NCBI GenBank assembly: GCA_008632985.1
Contig: QPGO01000094.1
Coordinates: 106,721 to 170,720 of the forward strand
Length of the DNA stretch: 64,000 nucleotides
Direction of reading: 5' to 3'
From: Psammoneis japonica
Lineage: Eukaryota
Numbering within the stretch: the first letter of the stretch is position 1; the number at the start of each line of letters is the position of its first letter. The notes beneath the pieces were generated by a model. The model was not told the origin of the DNA. It saw nothing but the letters and a program-made list of their open reading frames with translations, and made no database searches. Of this stretch, positions 1-13,460 are shown one piece after another. The translations under genes were made by a program, and so were the position numbers.

Positions 1-162
1 AACAAGCTCGACATGGGTCTTGGCAATCCAGCCAACAATGCCAACAGGGCCCAAGTCTAAACAGTCCACATGGTTTGGTGCCTCAGCTGGGTCACAGAGA
101 TGGCACTTGCATTCCATCTTCTTGACCTGGTGAAGATCTTGGATGCCGTCTTGGATGCTCAG

Positions 163-1023
163 TTAAAATGACACAGAGCCTGTGTCATCCGGCAGCATGC
201 AGTCCATCTGCATGATCTTGACCAGACACAGAGTTTTGGTCACAAGCTTGGTGCAATTGTGGCCAGGGTGGGACTCAAGCAACAAAGCCTTGAGCTTGTT
301 TTTGGCAGACTTAACTTCAACAAGAGCACTTTTGTCACAACCATCCAGGACCATCATCAACAACACTGACCCTGGAAGATCTTTGAAGTTCTTTGCATGG
401 GTGAAGTTCACTTTCATCTTCTCGCAGAACACTTCTGTGATGCAAGTCTTGTCAAGCAGTTGTGAGAGACTGATGTCATCTGTCTCATGCTGCTTGTAGC
501 CTTGGTCACCAGAAGCCTTGGAATGAGTCTTGTGTGCTCCTTCTCAGGGTCGCTGACAGCAATGGCATGAAGACAGACAAATGGGAACATGACCTTGCTG
601 TTAGATTTCTTGAAATGGCAGAAGGTTTCCTGCCCATGTGACTCAATGAGGTCTTGGATGGTCTTGACAAAGTCTTCCTTGTCCAGTTTGGCACTTGGAC
701 CATTGGATGGCTGGATTTGACCATTGAACTTTGAAGCAGTTGATGAGGTGACTTGTCCACAAAGGGTTGGCTCAATGGATCCAACCTGACTCTGCTGACA
801 ACAAATGATCATCATCAGGACAATCCTTCCTCACATGCCCAACCTCATTGCATTTCCAGAATTTGATCTGCTTCTCCTTGTTCTGCACAAAACTTGCATC
901 CTCAGGTTTCTTCTTGTTCATCCTGCAGGCATCCAACACCTGCAGTGCCTCCTTGCTCAAATTGGGACAAATGTCAAACCCCAGTGAAAACTGTTGATGC
1001 AGATCTTTCAAATGACATGCCAA
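163..1023 (-). mobile_element. Degenerate gag-like retrotransposon relic
   Basis: Zinc-knuckle-like KFWKCNEVGHVRKDCP (ORF 772-1023), plus gag-like helical fragments in ORFs 414-815 and 163-432; heavily mutated. Confidence 0.35.
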
Positions 1024-4000
1024 TGTTCCTTGGTGCCATCAGCATCACCGCTGACAACTTGTTCCTTTCTTCTTTGTTCTGGGTGCACCATCATCAGCAT
1101 CCTTGCCAAACCCATCTTCTTTCTTGTGATGAGTGGCCTTTGCACATTGTCAAACAATTGCATTGAATGCCTGTGCCTTCTGTGTCTTCTGTGTCACACT
1201 CTGTTTTGCATGGTGACCACATTGCTTGCCCCAGATTGCCTTGTCCTTCTCCAACGTGGTGTCTGCCAATGGATGCTCTGATGCTTTTGGCTTGCTCTCC
1301 TGCCTCAGAGACACCAATGTCTTCATCTCCACCAGCCCAAACATTCTTCCAAACACACTTGCTGATCTTCCTTGTGGCTTTTGTGCAGCCATCTGCCTGT
1401 CATCCCAACTTGGCAATGGTGTCATGCACCCAATCCTTTTTAAATCTTTTGTTCTTCTGCACTCAGCTGTGTCCTTGCCCATGTTTTCTGGGACTTGTGT
1501 TGGAGCATCACAGCTTGCCCACAGTCTTGTGCTCAGTCTCGCCAACCCCAACACAACCTTGCCTCACCCTCTTTCAGCAGATCTTTGGCAGCTCTTCTTC
1601 AACAGGAAGGCCCTCAAAAGATTGTTTCTCTGCCTTCATCCAGCCAGCTTGTTTGCCACAATCTTCCAAGAAAAGAAGTGCTTTTGGATTCCTGTCAACT
1701 TCCCAGCCTGCCTTCACCTTTGGATTCCTGATGCCTTCCCAGCCTTTAAATGTCACCACTCCTTTGGGTGTCATGCTGTGACTTTTTGGCTTCTGTGTTG
1801 GAGTTTTGTGGCTGGCTCACCAAGGAGTTCTTGGAAGTTGGTTGGGGATGCAGGGGGTCTGATGTCCATTGTGGCTTGTGACATCTGACAGGTCTGCAGA
1901 GGGCATTGGCAGGCAACATGCTTGGGTGCAGAGAGGCAAAGACATGGGTGCTTTCATTGTTTGGGATGAAGTGGATGGGGTTGGGGAGGTGGCAGACAAT
2001 TTGTGGCAGGCTTGGGGTTGATGGGTGTGTGTTTTCAATTGTGCAGTTTTGTGTCTGCAAGTTCTAAAACTCATCTGTTCTGTTTGTGTGCAACACACCA
2101 GGCAAGTTGACATCAATGCTGCTTGGGCAATTTGTGTCATCCATGCTGTTGCCAATGGAGGAAAATGTTGGCATGGACAGCGGGGCTCCAAGTGAGTTTT
2201 GGGTGGTGTGCTTGGATTCTGGGGGCACACTTTGGCTGTGCTCATCAAGGCAAGGTTGTCATGTGGTTGCAGTTGAGAGTTGTGTTGCAGGGGGTTTGCA
2301 TCTGTCAGGCACCAGTCATGAGGGCTCACAGAAATGCCATGTGAGCTGCCTGCCTGTGCTGGATTCTGAGTTTGGCTGGGCTTTGTGGTGGTGTGGCAGG
2401 AAATGTGATTCCTTGGAGAGTTGAAGCTTCTGTTGAGTTGGGGCAGACCCACCACAGGTTGCTGTTGGTGCTGATTTTGCTGGTGCCATCATCAGCATTG
2501 TTGGGTGAGAGGGTCACATCCTCTGTTGTGGTTGTGGTGTCACTGAAGTTGATGCTTGGCTCTTTTGAACTGCTGTCGTGTCTTGGAAAAAAAGAACTCT
2601 GTTGGAATGAGGTTTGCAGTTTGGCTGTCACCGCTGGACAAGCCATGTGAGTTGATGGCCAGGAGGGTCTGGTGGGAGATCAGCAGTGGAGGGAGACTGT
2701 CACAGCTGGAGGCAGAGCTTGAGCTGGGTTTGGAGGCACTTGGGCTTGGCGGGGCTTCACGGTGCTAAAAGGGGCAGTTGGCTCCAAAGGTGGTGAGACA
2801 CAATTGCATGGCTGGGTGGTGTCTTTTGCATGTTGTTGTTCCTCTGGGTTGACAGCATCTGTTTGATTGGCTGCTCAGATTTGAAGAAAACTGAGGCTGC
2901 TGAGTGTGGGGTGGCAAATGCTGCAACAGGTGGGCAGACCTTGGGAGTGATGGAGTTGGCAAGTGACACTTGAGAAAATTCTGTGTCCATGTTTCCCACA
3001 ATGTTGCTCCTGACAACTGGCTTGGCATCAAAGTGAATTTGAGTTGCAGGTCTGGAGGTTCACAGTCTGCCAGTCAAGACACTCACCAAGCTGTTTTTGA
3101 TTGGCCTGAAGCACACCAAGGGCATTGTTGCCAAAGCACTCTTTGCAGGGCATTTTGCATTGAATGACAGAATGGATGGCATCAGGTGGCATGACTTTGT
3201 TTTTGTTGGATTTGTTTGTGATGTCTGTGAAGTGGGTTGAATGGATTGGGTCCGTCTGACCATTCTGGGGAGTGGACAATGTCCAGGTGCTTTTTTGCAG
3301 CAGACAAGTGCAGGCTGCTGAGGCATCCAGTGTCATCTTCAGCAGGCTCATTTGGCTCAGCATTGGAGTTGCTGTTTTTTTCCTCAGCAAAACTGACATC
3401 ATCATCTTGGCAGTTTGGGGCAAGGTTCAAGAGGTGGCACACATTGTCAATGATTGCACATCTTTGGCATCTGGCTCCTGCTGCCACCAGAGGGTGGCAA
3501 CAATTGACACAAAGCACAGGTCAGTGCTGTGTGCCATCTGTGTTTCAGTGCTGGTGTTTGCAGCAGTTGCTGAGTTGTTCATCTCATCTCATCTGCATTG
3601 CAGCATTTCCAGTTCAGTGCAGAGATGGCTCCAAGTTGTTGGTGTGTGGGGAGAATGAGATGGAGCAGCCAGCATCATTGCCATTGTGCTCACTCTGCAT
3701 CATCCAGGCAGGTTGATTGCCCACATTTCCACAGGCACTTCCTGGGTTTGGCACATTTGGGGTGGTGGTGAGTGCTTGCTGCATCAGGCTTGGGGGGTGG
3801 GCATTGTGGGTGAAGAAGCAGGGGCATCAATGTTGCAGGTGAGGGCAGGGGCAGCAATCTGAGCCCTTGGCATGGTCTCCAGTTTGGCGTTGTTGGTTTG
3901 AAATTTTCTCTGAAGATTGCCAGTGCCTTTGGGCTGTTGCATTGTGGGCAATTTTGAAACTTGTGGTTTGAATCCCAGCAACAGAAGCATCCATGGAAAT

Positions 4001-6697
4001 TGGTTCATCCACCAGTGGGGTCAGGCATGTTGAGGGAAGGTCTGAAGCAGAAGTTCCTTGGATTCACTGGCAGCTTGGAGGGGTTGTTCCCAAGGTTTGC
4101 TGGGGGTTCTGGCTGTTTGGCATGATGCTGCAATGTCTGCTTGGCATGGGACTGGAGTGCTGGGGAATTGCTGCAGGCGCAAGTGTCATCAGGAAAGTTG
4201 GGTGGCTTGGGCAATTCTGATTTGGTGGATTCCATGAAGAAGTTCATTCCTTGAGTGGGGTTTCTTTGGTTGCCTGGTGCTTGTTTTCTCATGATGCTGT
4301 TGGCGGCACTTGAACCTTGGTGTCAGAGCTTGTTGAGGGATGTTTTGCTTTTGCAGGCTGCACTCCACAACTGCTCAAGTGCTGCGAGCTCTTCTTGTTT
4401 CAAAAGTGTGGTGGAGGAGCTTGGTGGGGTGCAGCCATCACTTGTGAGTTGTTCCCACTGGTTGAAGCTTGGAGATTGTTGTGAAACACAGCAACAACAT
4501 TTGAGTTCCATGCAGATGCAGCTTTGTGACAGATTGGTGCTTGGCCTTGCCATCTCATCCTCGTGGTGCCTGAGAACTCTTTCACAGTGGAGGCACAATC
4601 TGTGACTTTTGTGATGACTTGAGTGTGGGCTGTTTTGTCATCTTTGCCAACATGATGAGGTTGGCACTTGACCACAAATTTGTCATGAGAGCAGTTGTCA
4701 AGGGAGATTTCCATGGAGGATTCCATGGCAGAGCATTCCCTGGCAGTGATGAGGATTGGTTGTGGGGCTTTTCCAAAGCAGTCTTTGAGCATTTTGCCAT
4801 TGTCCAAGAAGGAGAGGTTGCTCACAAAGGTTCCTGGGGTGATCTGGTTGCCTTTGTGGTTGTTCACCCTGGTGTCAGCTTTGTTTTGCAAACTTCTTCT
4901 GGGTTCTGGTTTGTCAAAGTGAGTCAGGAAAGCACGTGTTGCATCTTTGGGACAGAAAGGTTGGATCTGGTCATGCTGAAGACATCTGCTTAAAGAATGG
5001 GGTCATTGTCCTTGGCTGCAGGTGTGTTGGTGGCTGTGTTGCATGTGTTGGTGGGCAGAGAGAGGCAGAAAGCAAATTGTGCAGTCCTTTGCTTTGGGTG
5101 CAGTGGCAACGCACTTGATGGGTCAATGGTGGGTTGAACTTGAGTGTGGGTGGTGATGCCATCATCATGGAGCAAAGGGCTGGGGTTGGGGATGGGCTGT
5201 CACAGGCTAGCCTTTGTGAATTAAAATGAAATTTCAGCAAGGTTTTTGGGATGAAAGAGCTTGGCACAGAGTTTCTTGTCTCATGTCTCCTCAGCTCAAA
5301 GGGTGGTGAGGGTGCTGGAGAGGGAAAAATGACAAGAAATTGCTTGAATCTTCTTGTTCAGAGCAAGGCAGTGGCTGACAAGGTCAAGTTGTTCCAAGAA
5401 TTTGTTGAAGGCTCAGTGTCAGCCAGCAACAGGAGCTGTGATGTCAGGGGCTTTCTGAACTTTGACAGAGACATTCTTGTTGCCACCAAGTTCTTGCTGC
5501 ATGAAATGAGTTTTCTGCAGCACCTGCACACTGCCATTTTAGTGCCCAGTTGCTGTTGTCATCTTTTGAACTCTGCAACACATCTTCGTTTTGCATTTGA
5601 CACAGTGCTCTCTTTTGCAGTCATGGCTTTTGATGATTCCCGGCAAGAAGGTGCGCTGTGTGGGCAAACCTCTTTTTGACTCATGTTGGAAGGTTTCCAT
5701 CCTAGAATTTCAAGTGCTTTTCCAAGACAGCAACACTTCTGGGCTTGAGCTTCTCTTGCAGCTTTTCTCTCAGATCAAGCACCACAGGGCTCAAGCTGTT
5801 GACAACAACTGCATCAAAACCAGAAACGTCAACTTTCTGCAGACTGTGCAAGATGAAGCTGGTCAATGACCAATTGGAGACTGGACAAGTCACCAAGCAG
5901 CAGCCCAAAGCAAGGTGCAGCACTTTGGACAGAGGTGAAAAAACAATGCAGAAAATCAGGGATCATTGTCAGTGTGTCACTTTTCATGTGACCACAGCAC
6001 AAAGTCCCTGGAAAGGACCAGAAATCAAAGAAACTCACAAGGGTTTATTTTGCATCCAATGCCAACAAAACCCTCTCCAGCCACTCAAAAGACAATTCAA
6101 CAGTCACCACTGCCAAGGTCAACAAACTTCAATTTTCAATTTTTCACCTCAAGACAATGCAACTCTTTGGAGATGAGCAAGTGAACTGGTTTTCTTGGTT
6201 GCAGAAATGCAGAGTCCATTCTCTTTTGAAAGGTTGGAAGACTTGCAGCTCCTGCCCCCACCACTGATGACAGGAAGAAGGCTGAGAAGAATTCCCAGAT
6301 TGAGTGCAAAGGCACCTCAAAGTGCAGCTGCAAAAGACAGGGTGCACTCCAACTCCAGAATCGCCAGCCATCTCAAGCAGCTCTTGGCCTCACCTTTCAC
6401 TTCCCTGTCCACCCTGGTCAAAGCCCACCAGGAAATCAAGCCAATGTTTCAACCTCTTTGTGACAATGATGGAAAAAGAACCCCATGAACAGTGCACCAA
6501 CCCTGTTGTGTTTGCCATGTTAAGATGCATCAAAGTGCAACATGCTGTTTTTTCCAAATCAGGGACATTTGAGTCCAATCAACTCACTCGACTGTCGCAC
6601 TTTGTTGTGGTGAAGTTTCAGCCACACAGGCAGACACCGGGAATGCTTGGAGCAGCCAGCAGCATGATGTGGCAATGTTCACAAACAAATGAATGTG

Positions 6698-6916
6698 CCC
6701 ACAAAACTGAAAAATTTGCTCACACAAAAAATCGTCAGAAAAAAAAAACTGGCACATCTTTCAAACATTCACGATCACCCACAAAACTGAAAATTTTGCT
6801 CATGCAAAAAATCATCAGAAAAAAGAAAAACTGGAGAGATTTGCAGACCACAAATGCACACCCACAACTGAAAATTTTACTTGCTAAAAAAATTGCCAGA
6901 AAAAACAAGAGCTGGC
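6698..6916. repeat. Three degenerate ~80-bp tandem copies of an A-rich unit
   Basis: cacaaaactgaaaa(a/t)tttgctca...aaaaaatc(g/a)tcagaaaaaa...ctgg at ~6700 and ~6780, with a more diverged copy at ~6863. Confidence 0.7.
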
Positions 6917-9900
6917 AATGGGGGTCATTTGAAAATGTCGCGTCAGTCACAACCAGTTCTTTGCATGAGGAAAAATGCAAAATCATGTGGAAATGTGCAC
7001 AATGTCAAGCAAGAAAGTGATCAGAGCCAATGACTTTTCAAGAACTGAGCTGAAACATCATCTGATCAATGGCGCTGGCGCCTTCACCATGTGAGTCAAA
7101 ATGCTGTTGATCAGTTGGCCATTCAGCTGATTTCCTGAGAAGAGCTGTCGACATTCAGATGAGGGTGGATGGACAAACCAACAATGGTTGTTTTTGGCGC
7201 AATGTCTCTGAGGATCCCCAAGCAAAAATCATCAGAAGCAAAACAGCAAAGGAGAAAAATTGGCATCACTGTGATGAAAGAGTGCTGTGGCACAAAAAGG
7301 TTTTTTGGCCCTCCGATCTTTGACAGCACTTGGCCCTGAGGACAATTTCAGGATGAAAGCTTGTGGATGCAACAAACCAGAAAGTTGCAGGTGTGTGGCA
7401 AACTAAAAAGTTCAGCTGCCAATGGAACAAAAACAAGCTGCTGAACTCAGCAACACACCAACAAGCAAAATCAATGTCATTTCTCTTTGTGAAACAAATC
7501 TTGATTTGAGTCCTGACCAACAAACAATTGGTGGAGTGCAGGCACATTTTGAAGCACATGTGTGTGCCTTTGCTTGTTGTTGACAGATGATGCCATGAGC
7601 ATGCAAAAGGAGCCGTTTGAACATGTCAACATGGACCAAGCTGATGTTGTCCATCAAGTGAGTTCTCTTGTGTGATTGCATTGTCGGCATTGTTGTCATC
7701 ATGTGTGTTTTGATTTGTGCTCATTGTCATCTTTTCCAATGACTGCACTTTTGCATTGCATGCTCAAGGAGTCATGAACTGCTTTGCAAAGAATGCTCTC
7801 AAGCATGTCAAGAACAGCATGGAGGATGCCCTTGGTGGTGGAATGCAAGGTGACACCAGCCATTCATTGTGGTGCAACAAGACCAAGGGTTGGAGGAGAA
7901 CAGTGCCTTCAATGTTCTTGTTGTCATTTTTGCAATTGCTGTGCTTTTCTCAACTTTCAAACAAAAAACAGTGAGTCAAAACACATGACAGCCATTTTTC
8001 ATCAGAAATTTTGATTGTTCACAGCATCACAACACAGAGACCACACAGTTGTCACAAGACCCTTGTTTTCTGCTTTTGCCAATGATGCTGGTGGCATCAA
8101 GGACTGGCATTTGATGGGAACCTCTGTTGAAAGCAAAGGCCCAATGGGATGAAAGTCACAATGATGCTGCCAATCAGGGACTTGTTTCCTCCAAGAAAAG
8201 CAAGAAGAAGAACTTGGATGTTTTCAGAATGGGTGGAGGATGATGGGAATGAATCAGATGAGGACACATTTTTGGATTGACCACTGAGTGACTTTCATGG
8301 CTCTTCATGATGGCATTCATGCAAATCCTTTCTCTGTGCAACCCCAGCAAGGTCCGCACATGTCATTGTGGAGACAAGTTGCCTCCATCAGAAATGCCAA
8401 AAATCTCTGTCTGGCACTGATTGTTTGCTTCATGATTGGCAGATGCTGGTTGCTGTGGATTCTCAAGGACCCCACCTTGACAGTGCTCTGTGGTGTCACA
8501 GTGATTCCAAAAGCAAAGATGCTTTCTGTTGTGGTGGTGTTGGCTGCATTGGCTGGCATTTGCAATTGACTGCTCAACTTGGACATTGAGCAACACAAAC
8601 TCTTTTGTGTCTTTGGGTCCTTCTGCTTCTTCTTTTTCTCCATCATTGCATTTTTGCTTGTGGGTGGCAAGATTGGTTTGGCCAATGACAACCCTGGCCT
8701 GACTTGCTTGTTGCTTGGGATGGATCTGCTGTTGCTCCATTGATCCTTCATGAACTCCAACTTTTTTCACTGGAAGACTGCCAAGGCCAGTTGTGGAGTC
8801 CAATGGTGCATGGTGGCCACGGCCCAAGTCAGAAGTGTGTCCTTGGCCCCGCAGTTGCAAATCAACACATGACCCAACTTCTCATTCATGGGGTGGCCAA
8901 AGAAGAGCAAACTGTTCTGGGACCATCATTGCGTCAAGGCATTTTTGCCATTTCATGCACAATGCGTGCTTCTTTTGTTGTGCATCATTTTTGTGCCATT
9001 TCATTGAGTTGGTGATGCCCAGTGCATGAAGCTGGCTGTTTGTGTGCAGATGAAGACTAAAGGCCAGACTGTTTGTGTAGATGTCATCACATTGGTTGGA
9101 TTTTTTTTGCAGCTGTGAAGCACGACGCAACCTCGGTGAGTCAAGAATGTTTCAAGCAGGCAGCGCTGACAACTTCATGTCTCTGCATTCTGCACTCCAT
9201 TTCAACATCCATCACAAAAAACTCAGATGTAAGATCATGATGATTGATTCATTCAACCAACATCAACAACCTTCAGTGACAACAAAAATGGCAACATTTG
9301 TCTGAATTTTGCAGTGGCTGACTTGCAATCACTTCATTTGGCAGAAAACAATGTCTTCATTCAATCAATTTCAAATGGTTTGACACAACAACAAAACCTG
9401 CAGGAGTGCATCAAAACAAGCAGTTGCTCTTAATCTCCCATTTTCATTTCATCAACTGTGCTGCAACACAGACAGTCATTGATCTTGAGAGCAATTTTTT
9501 GTTTGTCCTTGTGAGTGCACAGTTTGAAAGAATCTTTCACTTGTTTGCACAAATGTTCATGGGGAGCCCATCAACAAACAAATCAGACAGTGATCATTTT
9601 TTCTTGCACAAAGAGCACTGACTGTCGAACCAGCAACAAAAGCTCTCATGCCACAAGACATGTGCGCAAACAACTTCATGATGCACTGAGAAAAATGCAG
9701 AATTTGCAATGGACTGCCATGTGTTTTTTGTGCAAGTCACCATGACAGTGTGTGGTTGTTTTTGGCAACTTCTTTTGACTTTGAAACTTTGGAAGTGATG
9801 CAAATCGTGACAATGTGAAGCCAGCATATTGTGCTCCAAAGGATTTTGCAGGTCTTGAAGAACTGCCAGAAAATCAGTGCACGCTGGGTTGCCAAAATGG

Positions 9901-12900
9901 ATCTTCATGACACAGAAATGATTGCACAAAAGATGACATGATTGCAGCAGATTTGATGGTGTCATTTCAATGTTGGGTGCCTTTGTGACAGGGGGAGGGG
10001 AGGGGGGCAAACAGCCTGAGAAGAGGGTGAAAAAGCTTTCTCCTCCCAAAAGTTGGCTGCAATCTTGACAAGTCTGTGGATGCTGCATGCACTGAACAAA
10101 TGAGAAATGAATCCTGTGGACTTGGTGCAATGTGACAGTTCCAATGGAGGTGTTTGCATTTCCAAAGATGTTCATCATCTTGTGTGTGGTTGTCACTTTG
10201 GGAGTTTGCTTCTCATTGAGAAAATGTTGTTCCCTGGAGCATGGGCAAGGCATTGAAAAAAACTTTTTTCTTCAATGCTTTTGATGATGGAGTTCAAGAC
10301 AATTGTTGTGCATGACTGCAAACAACATGTGAAGAAAGTTGGTCAGAAACCAGCCCAGAGAAAAAGGAGATCACAAATCATTTTCAGAGCAGCAGCTGAC
10401 CCAGAGACACGCTCTCATCCCAGAAGTGTGTGGCGAGAGTTGCTGCCAGGCAGCCAGTGGTGAAAAGCCTTGCACACCACCTCTTCTCAGCTTGGTTTTG
10501 CCTGTTTGGGGACTCCCCAAAATGGCCAGGACAAGGGGGAGAGTTGCTTTGCCTGTTTGGAGAAAACCCAAGAAATGAGGGTGATTTTGTGAGAAGGAAC
10601 ACCTGAAAGGGGTCAGGGGAGGGGAACAAACCCAAATGCAGTGCAGCAATGTGCGGCAATTAAGGCCAGGTGGGTGTGCATTTAGACTTGTGAACTCTGT
10701 GTGAATGTGTGCGTGCATGTGTTTGACGACCATGACTGATGCATCAACACATCAACACAAAGCGGCCCCTTGTGGTGGAGCAAGAAAAGAGTGAGCATTG
10801 CCATTGAATCATCCACATCAACATTGCTCATGTGCAGCTCTGTTTTTGCCTTGGCCTTTGCTCTAGAGCCCTTGTGGTTTGCATTTGTGACCACACAACA
10901 CCAGAAGAAAAAATGATGCTCTGCACTCTGCACAAAAGATGGGTCAAATGGAAGAACAAACATTGTCAATCAACCCACCATGTTTTCATCAGTCATGTGA
11001 GGTTCTAATTTTACCTCTGCTTTCACTCTAGATGCCTCATGGCTTGCATTTGTGAATGCATGACAAAAGAGTGATGTGAACGATCCACTTCATTCTGCAC
11101 ACAAGGTGCGTCATTCGGATCAATGAGGGCAACTGCTCAATCTGCCACATTGTTGTCATCAGATGTGTGTGGTTGTGCTTTTGCCTTGGCATTTGCTGTG
11201 TGCCTTGTGGTTTGCATTTGGGACACTGCACAACAAAAGAACACAACTGAAGATCAGCGGCACTGGTGTTCTGCACACAATCCATCACAGGTGTGGCTGC
11301 TTCCATCTCATCTTGTGTTTCATGCTGCAAATCCCATTCAATCAATGCCATTGAATGCATTAAATGGTGTCATGATGGATTGACAAAAGTTGTCACAAAT
11401 GGGACTCAAAAGTGCCATGGTGTGTTGCACCCTTTTTGTTTGTTGCGGTCAGTCACGTGTGGGGCTTGTTCACACGCCCCCCGCACGCAGAAGGTGCAGA
11501 AAGGCATGAGAGGGGAAGCACAGGGAACTCCCAATGTGCAAATTTTTGTTCAAGCATCAAGCACACGTGTGGCACAGTGTCATTTGTGGCAATTCCCTGG
11601 GACTTCACACTTCCCGCAGAAATTGCAGCAAAAAGTGGCAATCCCAGGAAATTTTGGGAAATCCCGTGGCAAAACCAAGAAACTGAGCAGCACCTCTTCC
11701 AGCAACATGAACAACATTGGTGGACCCTTCATGTGTGGCATTGAAGTGTGCACACAACACAAGCAACTGCACACAGGTGGCAGCAGCCAAAGCCCCCCCC
11801 CCCCCCAACGTTCTTTTTGAGTGACAGTGTTTCCTCTCTCCTGCTGCCCCAATGTTTTTCAGCTGATTTCCAAACTCAAAAGCACCTGCCCTCTAACATC
11901 TGCTCTGGAACATGACATGCATGGATCACATGCAGTCTTGTTGGCACCACTGTTCACAAAACTCTGCCACATGTTGTCGTTGTGGTGGATGCGGTGCGAG
12001 AGATTAGATGTGGCAGCCGCTGAACCCAACAAGGCCAGACAGATGATTGAGTCCAACTGGTCAACTCAAATCGATTGTGTCTTCAGCTCGTGCTGGAAAA
12101 CTTGGCGATGCAATTGAATCGTGATGTCCATTGTGCACACTTTTCCCACTTGGAAAGCATGGGCAAATGTGTCTCTCACAGGAATTCAAACAGCCCCAAC
12201 GCTGAGCTCGTGCTTTTTGGAGGCTCATCCTGTCTGTCCCATCAACAAATGGGCGAAGCAAGAAGCAACATGATTTTTGTTCTCACTTCTCATTCAACAG
12301 GCACTTTGTGAAGGGAAGCCAGTGCTGATTGGTTGCTCTTTTGTCTGTGATCATTGCATGGAAAGACAATGGTGGTGCAAACATTTGACGCTGATGCGGC
12401 AGGCCGGCGGTCAAATGCTGGTGCTTGCCAAAAAGAAAGTGTTGGATTGGGATGAGTGGCGCTCACCCATGATTCTCATTGGGTGCGGCCCACCCACACA
12501 AATGTCACATCATTCTTGTGCATCAATCAAGAATTGATCCAGAATCCTTGAGTCAGGACTGGGTTGAAAAAGGACTTGCTGCTTCCCCCCCTAAAACTTT
12601 TGTGGCTCTGCAGACGCCTTGCCAAACCTTTGTGTTTGGACTGTCAGAGATGGGCGTCTTGACCTGCATGTTCTTTGTGTTTTTTGTTTGCTTTGCCCTG
12701 TCATGCAACCAAAAGAAACTCACAAACTTGTTGTCTCCTTGCATCTCTCAACAGATTGTCACACACAGTGGAGGTGCAGAAGAAGAAGCTCAACGGATGG
12801 AGATGCTTTTGAGAATTTGGGAATTGCATTTTTGGATTGAGCTTGCATTCACATGGACCAGTCTTGTGGAGGAATTGAAGGATTGTTTGGAGGAGCAGGA

Positions 12901-12948
12901 AACAGTCCAGTTGACTGCTTGGGATAGAAAGCAAGCACTGGTGCACTT

Positions 12949-13460
12949 GTGGACGCTGTCAAGAAATGGCTGAAATTCAACCGCAGGACTGACAAGAAGG
13001 CAATGCGCGATCACACGGGTGGCGGCTGCAAGGAGATTAATCCCGCCTCGTGCTCTGGAAAGTTGAGTGCGGAAATGAAAGGCCATGTTGACGCCACAGT
13101 GAAAGTGATGGGCAAGTCTTGGAATTGTCCAGTCTTTCAGGGTGCAGTTCACCGGGGTGCACCAACATTTGTGGTGCACGTTTCAATTCGTTGCATCCTG
13201 GAGCCACCTTCATGGACCCGGCTTTTGTGAGTGCCTCTCTGAAAGAGACTGTTGCTTGTGGCTTTCATGGAAGCAAGAAGAACGCACTCTTCAAAATTGA
13301 AAGTGGATTGGGTGTGGACGTGACAAAAGAATCCAAAAGCAAGGCTGAGTCCGAAATTCTTTTTTGACCTGGTGCTTTGTTTGTGATCACGGCGGTTGAG
13401 GAACACGACGATCCCGAGTGCACAAAATGGAAATTTGTTTCAATGCAAGAGATTCATTAA
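12949..13460 (+). pseudogene. ADP-ribosyltransferase (R-S-E clade, VIP2/C3-like) pseudogene
   Basis: Reads RDHTGGGCKEIN...PVFQGAVHRG (frameshift) ...FMDPAFVSAS...LFKIESGLGVDV...AESEILF*PGALFVITAVE. Reverting CA/TG to TA gives DYTGGGY, VYRG and STS; ExE is intact. Confidence 0.75.

Noticed and set aside
12335..12390. SWIM-like motif (CDHC...CKHL) suggesting a MULE relic
   Set aside because: Cys/His motifs arise by chance at this composition, and no supporting transposase motifs were seen.
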